From Candidatus Poribacteria bacterium (GTDB lineage Bacteria; Poribacteria; WGA-4E; WGA-3G), in contig CBDBFU010000020.1 of the NCBI GenBank assembly GCA_965205025.1, positions 1-64,000 on the forward strand: a DNA stretch of 64,000 nt, given 5' to 3'. The position numbers and the translations under genes are program-made. Positions 53,367 to 62,528 of the stretch are shown here, in pieces. The notes below the pieces were generated by a model that was not told the DNA's origin, did not search any database, and saw only the letters and a program-made list of their open reading frames with translations. Position 1 is the first letter of the stretch; every line of letters begins with the position of its first letter.

Positions 53367-54233
53367 TCAGTCATCAATTCTATCTCTGAGAATCTTATGT
53401 AAAGCATTTGAAGCAGCAACAAGAGTCTGAACTCTTTTACTAAAATCGACATCTGATTCTACATCATTTATGTGAGTTTGTGCTTGTTTCACAGCTTGTG
53501 ATAGACCTGCAATTAGAGATTCCTCTGTACTCTTAAATTCTACCATTCGACTTTTATCGTAGGCAATCTTCGCTTCTTCCCAGAGTCCTCCATACTTTTC
53601 CATAGGAAAACGACTATGTGAAGGACGAAGATACGAAAAAGCTTTCTTCCAAACTCTAAAGAGATCACTAAGTTCAGAACCAATTTCAAAATCATCATCA
53701 TGCATCCCCATATTTTCAATCAATGAATAATCAATGAATTGGCGTAAGTAATTGAACTCTTTGAATTCATAAACCATTCTACACAATGCCTCTGAGGTAG
53801 TTACCTGACGTGCATGACATATAACAATAAATTCACGATGGACATCTGTAATTGGGATCAATGCACACCTTGGGAACACATCCTCATATACCTTATCCAA
53901 AAGATCCTGGAGATATTGCTTAATACATACTGGTTCATTCATATTCCGCCCAAATTCATCACCTTCATATTCTGTTCCATCTTCAGCATACCAATCATCT
54001 AACAACAGTATTTCACCGGCTTCATATTGTTGAATCCATTCTTGACGAAATTCCTCAGTCTTTTGTTCGGCTAACGGTTGATATTGGTCCATTACTTCCT
54101 TAAAAAAATCACAATCGGTAGGTAATCTTGCTGCTAATACTTCTATACCTTCTTCAGGATGTAGATCTATTAATTCGTCTTCTTCATGATAAACTAAATC
54201 ATCTTCATCAGGGATTACTAATTTGAATGACAT
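53367..54233 (-). CDS. Hypothetical protein: acidic N-terminus plus DUF2280-like region (putative small-terminase-like or DNA-binding)
   Basis: GGAGGA RBS before the ATG at 54233. ITDVHREFIVICHARQVTTSEA...YLRPSHSRFPMEKYGGLWEEAK resembles the DUF2280 pattern as recalled from memory; not searched. Confidence 0.5.
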   Translation of the reverse strand: MSFKLVIPDEDDLVYHEEDELIDLHPEEGIEVLAARLPTDCDFFKEVMDQYQPLAEQKTEEFRQEWIQQYEAGEILLLDDWYAEDGTEYEGDEFGRNMNEPVCIKQYLQDLLDKVYEDVFPRCALIPITDVHREFIVICHARQVTTSEALCRMVYEFKEFNYLRQFIDYSLIENMGMHDDDFEIGSELSDLFRVWKKAFSYLRPSHSRFPMEKYGGLWEEAKIAYDKSRMVEFKSTEESLIAGLSQAVKQAQTHINDVESDVDFSKRVQTLVAASNALHKILRDRIDD

Positions 54234-54491
54234 TTCTATCCTCCAATAATTCATAAATTATATGGTTAATAATAAATATTATATAATAATTATTATGTTA
54301 AAAGAATAATGTGATATATATTTTAACATAAAACAATTTAGATGTCAAATTTATTTTAGTATAGCATTTTTACAAATACAGAAGCAAGAAACCAAAAGAT
54401 CATTCAAGAGAAAAATATAAACTATAAGTAAGTTTTAGATAATATAATTATTAACTTAATAACTCAACATTAGAACTTATTCTACCAAACT

Positions 54492-54637
54492 CTGTTAATT
54501 TGTACTACTCTGGATTAACTCCATTTTCACGGAAACCTTCACGGAGCAATTTTGGGAATATAGAGTGGATAAGGGTTTATAATTTCATGTATGTGTTATT
54601 TCCGTGAATCACATACGTTAATATTATATTAACTTTG
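54492..54637 (+). repeat. ~150-bp fixed-spacing dispersed element, copy B
   Basis: Same motifs and offsets as copy A; left arm of the central palindrome is degenerate. Confidence 0.82.
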
Positions 54638-54686
54638 CTCACTTGGTGCAATAGATTTCTTGTGCCATTGTGTCCCACACTTCTTC

Positions 54687-54765
54687 TGTAGGAGCGACCT
54701 CCCGGTCGCGACCAGGAGGTCGCTCCTACAAGTAAAGTGTCAAATTAAATCTAAAGTTTACTATA
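54687..54765. repeat. GTAG-type REP palindrome with AT-rich tail (copy 2 of 2)
   Basis: 44-bp near-perfect palindrome TGTAGGAGCGACCTCC..GGTCGCGACC..GGAGGTCGCTCCTACA plus tail shared with 1999-2033. Confidence 0.82.
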
Positions 54766-54843
54766 CAGTATAATTATCAAATTAAGGATTACTATATCTA
54801 AGTGTTGTATCGCTTACCTATCAAAGAGTGTATCCTCATCTAC

Positions 54844-54996
54844 AACACAATTAAGTTAAATATAATATAACGAATGTGATTCACGGAGGATTAGTCTACT
54901 TTAAATTGTAATCCCTTATAGAATAAGGGTTCGTAAAAATCCTCCGTGAAGGTTTCCGTGAATTGAGCTCTGGATTTCTCACAGCGATATTAACAG
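54844..54996 (-). repeat. ~150-bp fixed-spacing dispersed element, copy C (inverted)
   Basis: Reverse complement reads CTGTTAAT..TTCACGGAAACCTTCACGGAG..CCCTTATTCTATAAGGG..CTCCGTGAATCACATTCGTTA..TAACTTAATTGTGT. Confidence 0.85.
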
Positions 54997-55094
54997 ATAT
55001 TAAATCATTCTAACAAGAATAATGAATCATCCAAAAGCCAATATTTCTCTTACGAGATATGCTCAAAATAACTATATAACTCATTTAAAGAAAG

Positions 55095-55123
55095 TTGATT
55101 AACTCTCTATTTTGTGGTAAAAT
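55095..55123 (+). promoter_or_regulatory. Putative sigma70 promoter of asd
   Basis: TTGATT-17bp-TAAAAT with extended -10 TG. Confidence 0.55.
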
Positions 55124-55156
55124 TATTTAAAAGGTTAACTTTGAGGTAAATAAGAA

Positions 55157-56158
55157 ATGAATGAGAGTTATCGTGTTGCAATTGTCGGCGCGACAGGGGC
55201 AGTTGGCAACACAATGTTGGAACTACTCGAAGAACGTTCCTTCCCTATTGGTAGTCTAAAACTTCTGGCATCCCATCGATCAGCAGGTGAAATCCTGACG
55301 TTTAAAGGTACACATATCACTATTGAAGAATTAACACACGATTCCTTTGATGATGTTGATGTGGTATTTTCCTCAGCTGGTGGTTCAGTAAGTCTTGAAT
55401 TCATCCCAACAGCAGTAGAAAAAGGCGCGTTGGTTATTGATAATACAAGTGCATTTCGAATGGATGAACATACACCATTGGTTGTTCCAGAAGTCAATAT
55501 GGATGCTGCCAAAGAACACAATGGTCTGATTGCCAATCCAAATTGTTCTACAATTCAGATGATGGTCGCCCTCAAACCTATTTATGATGCAGTGGGGATA
55601 AAGAGGATCGTTGTATCGACATATCAGAGTGTTTCAGGAAAGAGTGGACGTGCAGTGACCGAATTGGTGCAGCAGACAACTGAAGCATTGGAAGGCAAAC
55701 CCATCACACTGGATCGATTTCCCCATCAGATGGCATTCAATGTTGCCTTTGATTGGCCCTTTACCGATAGTGGAGATAATGAAGAGGAACTGAAGATGGT
55801 AAACGAAACACATAAAATCCTATCTGATGATTCTATTGGTGTTTCTGCCACTACAGTAAGAGTACCAGTTTTCTTCGCTCATTCTGAATCAATAAACGTA
55901 GAGACACATCAGAAACTCACACAGACAGAAGCACGTGAAATCTTATCAGATGCCCCAGGAGTAGAATTACTTGATGATCCTGATAATTATCAGTTTCCGC
56001 TCGCAATTGATGTCGCAGGAAAAGATGATGTATATGTTGGACGTGTCCGAGAAGATTTTTCAATTGATAACGGTTTAAATCTGTGGGTAGTTGCTGATAA
56101 TTTACGTAAAGGTGCAGCTTTAAACGCAATTCAAATTGCTGAACAACTCCTGTTGTAA
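55157..56158 (+). CDS. asd: Aspartate-semialdehyde dehydrogenase
   Basis: VGATGAVG, IDNTSAFRM, IANPNCST, TYQSVSG, VRVPVFFAHSE, DNLRKGAALN. Confidence 0.97.
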   Translation: MNESYRVAIVGATGAVGNTMLELLEERSFPIGSLKLLASHRSAGEILTFKGTHITIEELTHDSFDDVDVVFSSAGGSVSLEFIPTAVEKGALVIDNTSAFRMDEHTPLVVPEVNMDAAKEHNGLIANPNCSTIQMMVALKPIYDAVGIKRIVVSTYQSVSGKSGRAVTELVQQTTEALEGKPITLDRFPHQMAFNVAFDWPFTDSGDNEEELKMVNETHKILSDDSIGVSATTVRVPVFFAHSESINVETHQKLTQTEAREILSDAPGVELLDDPDNYQFPLAIDVAGKDDVYVGRVREDFSIDNGLNLWVVADNLRKGAALNAIQIAEQLLL

Positions 56159-56271
56159 TTCATATTACAGTCTTAACGTAATAAAATCCTGAAATTGTTT
56201 TACAGTTTATCTGTATAATTTGTATCATTTCTTTTTTCAGTTATTTGCTGTTCTAAAGAAGATTATATTTG

Positions 56272-57405
56272 ATGGAATTAACCAAGGAAAACATCCCACA
56301 ATATCTTCGTGAACACCAGTCAGAAATAGGTTTCTTTGAAAACCACTCACAGATAGATTCAGTAGAAATTGGTGATGGAAATCTGAACTATGTGTATCGG
56401 GTTTTTGATTCATCAAATCCGGAACGTTCTCTTGTATTGAAGCAAGCACCGCCATATATTAAGATTTTAGGACCAGATTATCCGTTACCAACAGAACGCT
56501 TAACATTCGAATACCAAGCATTAAAGACATATAACGAATTTGCGAGTGACACTGTCCCATCCCTATACTTTTTCGACAGTGATTCTGCTGTTATTATAAT
56601 GGAGGATCTTAACGGATACAGACTACTACGTGATGATCTAATTGCTGGTCAGGTGAATTCATCAATTCCAATTGAAATCGGTAGGTTTCTGGGTATTGTC
56701 CATAGTCAGACCTATTTCGAAAATATGGAAGATACGGCGGTTAAGCAGTATAAACTTGATTTTAAGAATACTGTGATGCAGAATATAACAGCAGATTATG
56801 TTTTTACATTTCCTTTCACTGAACATGAAACCAATTTTTATTCTGATGGGTTAAAAAAAGAAGTAGACCAACTCAAAAATGACGAAGAATTCATACAACA
56901 AACTCATCAATTAAAGAGTATATTTCTGAATATACAACAAGGGTTAACCCATGGAGATTTACATACTGGTAGTATTATGGTGAACGACCAGTCCACCAAG
57001 GTAATTGATTCAGAATTTGCCTTCTATGGACCTGTTGGTTTTGATGTTGGCTTGTTTTGGGCAAATTATCTACTGTCTTTTTTCTCACATACAGATAATA
57101 CTGATATTCAATCTAAGATTAAATCAGCTATTGTAGATACATGGGAAACATATACTGATGAATTTATGATGGATAAACCACTTAAGGAACAAACTTTACA
57201 AAATATCTTTCAAGAATCAGTTGGATTTACAGGAATGGAGATGTTACGACGTATCATAGGTGCAGCACATGTTAAAGATATAGAGGGTATAGCGGATAAA
57301 CAACGAAAATTAGAGATAGAAACAGTAATTCTTAACTTTGGCAGGAAGATTGTAAAAGAACACCATAATATAACCTCAGTAGATGAATTAGTTGATTTAT
57401 TATAA
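56272..57405 (+). CDS. mtnK: S-methyl-5-thioribose kinase
   Basis: EIGDGNLNYVYRV, VLKQAPPY, HGDLHTGS, IDSEFAFYGP, RRIIGAAHVKD. Confidence 0.9.
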   Translation: MELTKENIPQYLREHQSEIGFFENHSQIDSVEIGDGNLNYVYRVFDSSNPERSLVLKQAPPYIKILGPDYPLPTERLTFEYQALKTYNEFASDTVPSLYFFDSDSAVIIMEDLNGYRLLRDDLIAGQVNSSIPIEIGRFLGIVHSQTYFENMEDTAVKQYKLDFKNTVMQNITADYVFTFPFTEHETNFYSDGLKKEVDQLKNDEEFIQQTHQLKSIFLNIQQGLTHGDLHTGSIMVNDQSTKVIDSEFAFYGPVGFDVGLFWANYLLSFFSHTDNTDIQSKIKSAIVDTWETYTDEFMMDKPLKEQTLQNIFQESVGFTGMEMLRRIIGAAHVKDIEGIADKQRKLEIETVILNFGRKIVKEHHNITSVDELVDLL

Positions 57406-57457
57406 AGAACTATCACTATACATAAAAAACTATTTATAAGGTATTCCCCATTTAATT

Positions 57458-58330
57458 ATGAGAGATTACTACGAAATTCTCGGTGTTAATAGAGACGCCT
57501 CAGCGGATGAAATCAAAAAGGCATATCGTAAATTAGCAGTCAAATATCATCCTGATAAGAATCCAGATGATAAAACTGCGGAAGATAGATTTAAAGAAGC
57601 GTCCAATGCCTATTCAGTTCTATCCGACCCAGAAAAACGACGTGTGTATGATACACGGGGACATGCAGGTGTTCACGGTATGGGTTTTGAAGGCTATACC
57701 AATGTAAATGACATCTTTTCAAATATCAATCTGAATGATCTATTTGGTCGAACAACCTATGGTGGAGGCGGAGGTTTTGATGAGGTATTCGGTGATATCT
57801 TTGGACCACAACATAGAACTACACGTACTTACCGGGGTCGGGATCATAAGGTAAACCTTACAATTCCTTTTGAAGATTCAGTACTCGGTGCCACGAGAGA
57901 AGTAACGATACAAGGGAAGAATATCAACATAAAAATTCCTCCTGGTATTAAAGATGGTCAGACATTACGGATACGGGGACAAGGTGAATCCTTCGGTTCT
58001 GGTCCTTCAGGAGATCTATTAGCAAGGGTATCAATAAAACCTCATCCAACTATTACACGGGATGGACTGGATTTAGTAACAGAGGTGAAAGTCCCAATGA
58101 CAACTGCAGCATTAGGTGGTACAGTCCGTGTGAATACATTGTCAGGGGATGTAGATTTAAAGATTCCTGCAGGATCACAGCCAGGACAACAATTAAGAAT
58201 CCGAGGACAAGGAATTATTGATTCAACTGCTCGAAGCGGTGACCTACGTGTTAAGCTTGTTGTCGAAATACCTCAATCTTTATCGAAAAAACAGAAAGAC
58301 CTACTCAAGAAACTTGATGATACTCTCTAA
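57458..58330 (+). CDS. Class B J-domain chaperone (DnaJ/CbpA-like, no zinc finger)
   Basis: [16 protein letters not shown]-rich linker, two C-terminal domains, no CxxCxGxG repeats. Confidence 0.92.
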   Translation: MRDYYEILGVNRDASADEIKKAYRKLAVKYHPDKNPDDKTAEDRFKEASNAYSVLSDPEKRRVYDTRGHAGVHGMGFEGYTNVNDIFSNINLNDLFGRTTYGGGGGFDEVFGDIFGPQHRTTRTYRGRDHKVNLTIPFEDSVLGATREVTIQGKNINIKIPPGIKDGQTLRIRGQGESFGSGPSGDLLARVSIKPHPTITRDGLDLVTEVKVPMTTAALGGTVRVNTLSGDVDLKIPAGSQPGQQLRIRGQGIIDSTARSGDLRVKLVVEIPQSLSKKQKDLLKKLDDTL

Positions 58331-58457
58331 GAAACATTTTGTAGTTTTCATCGAACATGTATTTAAACATTCTTAATTATTATATCAGATAAAATGCCAT
58401 CACATTTTCAGAACTAAGACAGGTATAAAAAACCTGAATGATTCGTAAGGAGAATTA

Positions 58458-59645
58458 ATGATTTCACTATCAGAACGGAGCCAAAACGTAACCCCATCTT
58501 CAACCTTAGCCATCACAGCGAAAATCAATGCAATGATCGCAGATGGTGTGGATGTTGTCAAATTCGGTGCGGGTGAACCAGATTTTGATACACCAGACTA
58601 TATTAAAGCGGCAGCAATCTCTGCACTTGAGGATGGATTTACAAAATATACACCCGTCCCCGGTACACCTGAACTACGTGAAGCAATCGTTGATAAATTT
58701 CAGAGGGACAATGGATTAAGCTATTCAACATCAGAAATCATCGTTTCATGTGGGGCAAAACATACCCTTTATAACATCATGCAAGCGATTTGTGATCCGG
58801 GGGATGAGGTTATCTTCGCTGCTCCATATTGGGTAAGCTATCCACAACAGATTAAGTTGGCAGGAGCTGTGCCACAAGTAATTGAAACAACAGCAGATCA
58901 GAATTTCTGTATGCAGGCAACAGATGTTGAAGCAGCGATTAATTCCAACACAAAAGCAATTCTCATCAACAGTCCAAGTAATCCTACGGGTACAACCTAT
59001 GATGTGGAAAATTTAAAACAGATCGCAGAAATTGCTGTGAAAAATCAGGTATATCTCATTTCTGATGAAATCTATGAAGCCTTACTCTACGACGAAGCTA
59101 CACACAAAAGTCCTGCTGCCTTCAATGAAGAAACAAAAGCCATTACATTTGTCGTGAATGGTGTATCCAAAGCATATTCAATGACTGGATGGCGCATTGG
59201 GTATACTGCTGGACCAGAAGATGTTATCTCAGCTATGTCCCGGATACAATCTCACAGTACATCAAACCCCACCTCCATTGCTCAGAAAGCGGCTGTAGCA
59301 GCACTTAATGAACCCCAAGATGCAGTTGAAGAGATGCGTAAAGCATTTGAAGAACGTCGGGATGTAATCTGTGAACGTTTTGATGATATTGATGGTGTAA
59401 GTTATGTCAAACCACAAGGTGCATTCTATATTTTCCCTGATTTTTCAGACCATTATGGAAGAACACTTGATGGTAAAAGTATAGAAGGTTCAATGGATAT
59501 TACGGATTATCTATTGGGTTCTGCTGGTGTTGGGGTAGTTCCAGGAGACGGTTTTGGTGCGGATAGGAATTTACGGCTCTCGTTTGCCACATCATTGACT
59601 GAAATCAACCGTGGATTAGATCGTATTAAAGAAGCATTGAAATAA
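58458..59645 (+). CDS. aspC: Class I PLP aminotransferase (aspartate aminotransferase-like)
   Basis: GAGEPDFDTP, NSPSNPTG, SDEIYE, SKAYSMTGWRIGY, LRLSFA. Confidence 0.88.
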   Translation: MISLSERSQNVTPSSTLAITAKINAMIADGVDVVKFGAGEPDFDTPDYIKAAAISALEDGFTKYTPVPGTPELREAIVDKFQRDNGLSYSTSEIIVSCGAKHTLYNIMQAICDPGDEVIFAAPYWVSYPQQIKLAGAVPQVIETTADQNFCMQATDVEAAINSNTKAILINSPSNPTGTTYDVENLKQIAEIAVKNQVYLISDEIYEALLYDEATHKSPAAFNEETKAITFVVNGVSKAYSMTGWRIGYTAGPEDVISAMSRIQSHSTSNPTSIAQKAAVAALNEPQDAVEEMRKAFEERRDVICERFDDIDGVSYVKPQGAFYIFPDFSDHYGRTLDGKSIEGSMDITDYLLGSAGVGVVPGDGFGADRNLRLSFATSLTEINRGLDRIKEALK

Positions 59646-59678
59646 GGTATATTCTACCACTATTTAGGAGATATTAAC

Positions 59679-61388
59679 GTGACGAAACCGAATCTGGTCT
59701 TTGTTATCACAGATGATCAAGGGTATGGAGATTTGGGATGTACAGGGAATCCTGTAATTAACACACCGAATCTGGACTCACTTTCAGAGGAAAGTGTCCA
59801 ACTACGGAATCTACACGTCGGTCCCACATGTTCACCGACACGCGCAGGGATTATGACAGGTCGATATTGTAATTCCACAGGGGTGTGGCATACAATTGGG
59901 GGTAGATCTTTACTCCGTAGTGATGAAGTCACGATGGCGGATATCTTCAGAAATAATGGGTATAAGACAGGTATGTTTGGCAAATGGCATCTTGGAGATA
60001 ACTATCCATTCCGTCCACATGATCGTGGGTTTGAAGAAGCACTCTATCACGGTGGTGGTGGAATTAGTCAAACACCAGATTATTGGGGTAATGATTATTT
60101 CGATGATACATACTTTGACAACGGTTCAGAACAACCCTTTAAAGGATATTGTACCGATGTGTGGTTTCAACAAGGGATGAATTTCATTGAAAGAAACCAA
60201 GATCGTCCTTTCTTCTGTTATATACCTACAAATGCACCCCACGGTCCATTCCGTGTACCTGATTCATATAGTGAAGTTTATAAGAAAAAAGGTGAACCTA
60301 ATGATCGTGCATGTTTCTATGGGATGATAACTAACATAGATGATAATATGGCACGACTTCGGCATCATCTGAGAGTACTTGGACTTGAAGAAAACACAAT
60401 ACTTATTTTTATGACTGACAACGGTTCTGCTGCTGGTTGTAACCTTGATGATAGACAGTTTGTCAAAAATGGATATAATGCTGGAATGCGCGGAAAGAAA
60501 GGTTCACCGTATGAAGGTGGGCATCGTGTACCGTTATTCTTACATTGGCCTGATGGTGGATTATCAGAAAAGAAAGAGGTAGATGAACTCACAGCAAATA
60601 TTGATTTACTACCGACTCTCATTGACCTTTGTGATTTAGATGTTTCTGATAATTCTCGATTTCATGGTACAAGTATAGCACCTTTGATAAAAGATGAAGA
60701 AGTCGAGTGGGAAGATCGTGTAATTGTTACAGATTCACAACGGGTTGAAAACCCAATCAAGTGGAAAGATAGTGCTACCATGTCACAACGGTGGAGACTC
60801 ATAAATGGTAAAGAGTTATATGATATTCAAGCAGATCCAGAACAGCGTGAAAATATTGCAAATGAGAATCCTGATGTCGTTGAAGAACTACGTGCACATT
60901 ATGAAAAATGGTGGGATTTAGTCTCTGTACGTTTCGATGAAGAGTGTCCAATTGTTGTTGGTACACAACACGAACAGGTTGCGTGTATTACTACACACGA
61001 TTGGCATGGAAGAGGACATGCATGGAATCAAGGATCAATTCGCCGTGGAATGGAATGTAATGGTCATTGGGCAATTGAGATTCCTGAGGATGGAGAATAT
61101 AGTTTTGAGTTAAGACGATGGCCACGTGAGGAAGATAGAGCAATCATTGAAGGAATCCCTGGAGACAATATTGATCTATACAACGGTGGACGCGCACTGG
61201 ACTTAAAAACGGCTCAGATTCGTATTGGTGATCAGTCTGCAACAAAAAGTATCACGGCTGATGCAAAGAGTGTCAACTTCACATTCAGTCTAAAAACTGG
61301 ACAGACAAGTCTTCAAACCCAATTCTCAGATGAGACGGGTGAATTGACACTCGGTGCATATTACGTTTATGTTAAACGTGTAATCTAA
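59679..61388 (+). CDS. Arylsulfatase (S1, Cys-type) with C-terminal beta domain
   Basis: KPNLVFVITDDQG, CSPTRAGIMTG, GKWHLGD, TNAPHGP, MTDNG, YEGGHRVP. Confidence 0.92.
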   Translation: MTKPNLVFVITDDQGYGDLGCTGNPVINTPNLDSLSEESVQLRNLHVGPTCSPTRAGIMTGRYCNSTGVWHTIGGRSLLRSDEVTMADIFRNNGYKTGMFGKWHLGDNYPFRPHDRGFEEALYHGGGGISQTPDYWGNDYFDDTYFDNGSEQPFKGYCTDVWFQQGMNFIERNQDRPFFCYIPTNAPHGPFRVPDSYSEVYKKKGEPNDRACFYGMITNIDDNMARLRHHLRVLGLEENTILIFMTDNGSAAGCNLDDRQFVKNGYNAGMRGKKGSPYEGGHRVPLFLHWPDGGLSEKKEVDELTANIDLLPTLIDLCDLDVSDNSRFHGTSIAPLIKDEEVEWEDRVIVTDSQRVENPIKWKDSATMSQRWRLINGKELYDIQADPEQRENIANENPDVVEELRAHYEKWWDLVSVRFDEECPIVVGTQHEQVACITTHDWHGRGHAWNQGSIRRGMECNGHWAIEIPEDGEYSFELRRWPREEDRAIIEGIPGDNIDLYNGGRALDLKTAQIRIGDQSATKSITADAKSVNFTFSLKTGQTSLQTQFSDETGELTLGAYYVYVKRVI

Positions 61389-61419
61389 AAGACATGGATT
61401 GAACTTACCGAATTAACTT

Positions 61420-61770
61420 TTAAATATAAGCAACATTCATGCACTTGGAATACAGACCTGCGGTATCCGTAAACTGAAGCCAAAGAATATAACTCATTTT
61501 ATCTCTAATTGTTCCCTTACCAATTGGAATAGTGACTGTACCACCTTTTGGCATACTAAGTGCCCCATCAACTTTTCCTTTAACCCAATCCCCTTGTTTT
61601 ATTGTACCTTTCAATTCATTACCAGATACATCCTCAACGACATCACCTTTACCTTCATCAAGTAGCCAGATGGCAACAACTTTCTCTGGATCGATTTTAG
61701 CATCAGATAGACCTGTAAATATACCTAATGTGAATATAATACACAATAATGTTATAACTCTTATATACAT
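61420..61770 (-). pseudogene. Truncated secreted LamG/concanavalin-like protein
   Basis: Signal peptide, AKIDPEKVVAIWLLDEGKGDVVEDVSGN...WVKGKVDGAL; the frame ends shortly after the first LamG strands. Confidence 0.6.
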
Positions 61771-61809
61771 TAGTTCAATCCTCAATATATGATAGTTTAA
61801 TTATTATAC

Positions 61810-62148
61810 TATAGTTTGGACAATTTTAGACATAGCACTCCGCTGGAGTGCGGGATTGCTATGCTTCACTGCTATAGACATATTGCTCCGCTGGAGCAAG
61901 ACCCACAATTTATCCGTTTGTTAGATGCAATCAATAGAGAACTAACTACATCAACCTTACACAGTCTCCTCACGCCAGCGGCGTGATATGTCTATAGAAA
62001 AAAGAGCCAAACAGCACTGCACTCCAGCGGAGTGCAATGTAAAGGTGTCTGTTTTTCTGTGAGTTATACCGCCCCCCAAAACTATCAGGAAAACAGAAGA
62101 ACCCTTGAAAAACCCGACATGAGACCGACAGAAACTGTCCAAACTATA
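61810..62148. mobile_element. 339-bp MITE-like element carrying four REP-like hairpins
   Basis: Terminal inverted repeats TATAGTTTGGACAATTT / AAACTGTCCAAACTATA (16 of 17 match); forward hairpin pair 61827-61899 and reverse pair 61970-62040. Confidence 0.82.
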
Positions 62149-62410
62149 ATTATTATAATTATATTGAGTAATTATTGATAATGCAAAAAATTGATGTATT
62201 ATTAGGTCTTAAGGTATATTATACAATTTTAATCTAAATTTAGATTGAATCAATAGGGTCTTAAACCATTGGTTTATAGTTTGCCATTATTGTGTATTCT
62301 GCATATAATAGTTGATAAGCATTAATGTTAAAATATCTTATAATTAACGTCAGTTTGATAATAAAAAATGTCAGTTCGAAAAACAGAATTTTGTCCTGAA
62401 GATAGTCTTT

Positions 62411-62437
62411 GTAGCACAAACTATCCAGTTTGTGCAC
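62411..62437. repeat. Single GTAG-REP hairpin related to the 113-bp element interior
   Basis: GTA-GCACAAACT-atcc-AGTTTGTGC. Confidence 0.55.
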
Positions 62438-62528
62438 TCTGGTGTTAACTAAAAGATCAGGTTACAATGTGTCATATCAAACTCACGTTATAATATCTCT
62501 AATATTGATTGTAATCTAAGGAGAATAT

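Noticed and set aside
53088-53452. ORFs 53088..53303 and 53252..53452
   Set aside because: They are translations of palindromic repeats, with no RBS or protein motif.
34746-54637. Excisable 20-kb element between direct copies A and B
   Set aside because: The interval contains housekeeping genes (lepA, lepB, selB, selC, lipA) and no recombinase.
34936-62040. CRISPR array interpretation of the hairpin-spacer-hairpin units
   Set aside because: Only 2-3 units per locus, repeats vary by compensatory changes, loci are dispersed in both orientations, and there are no cas genes.
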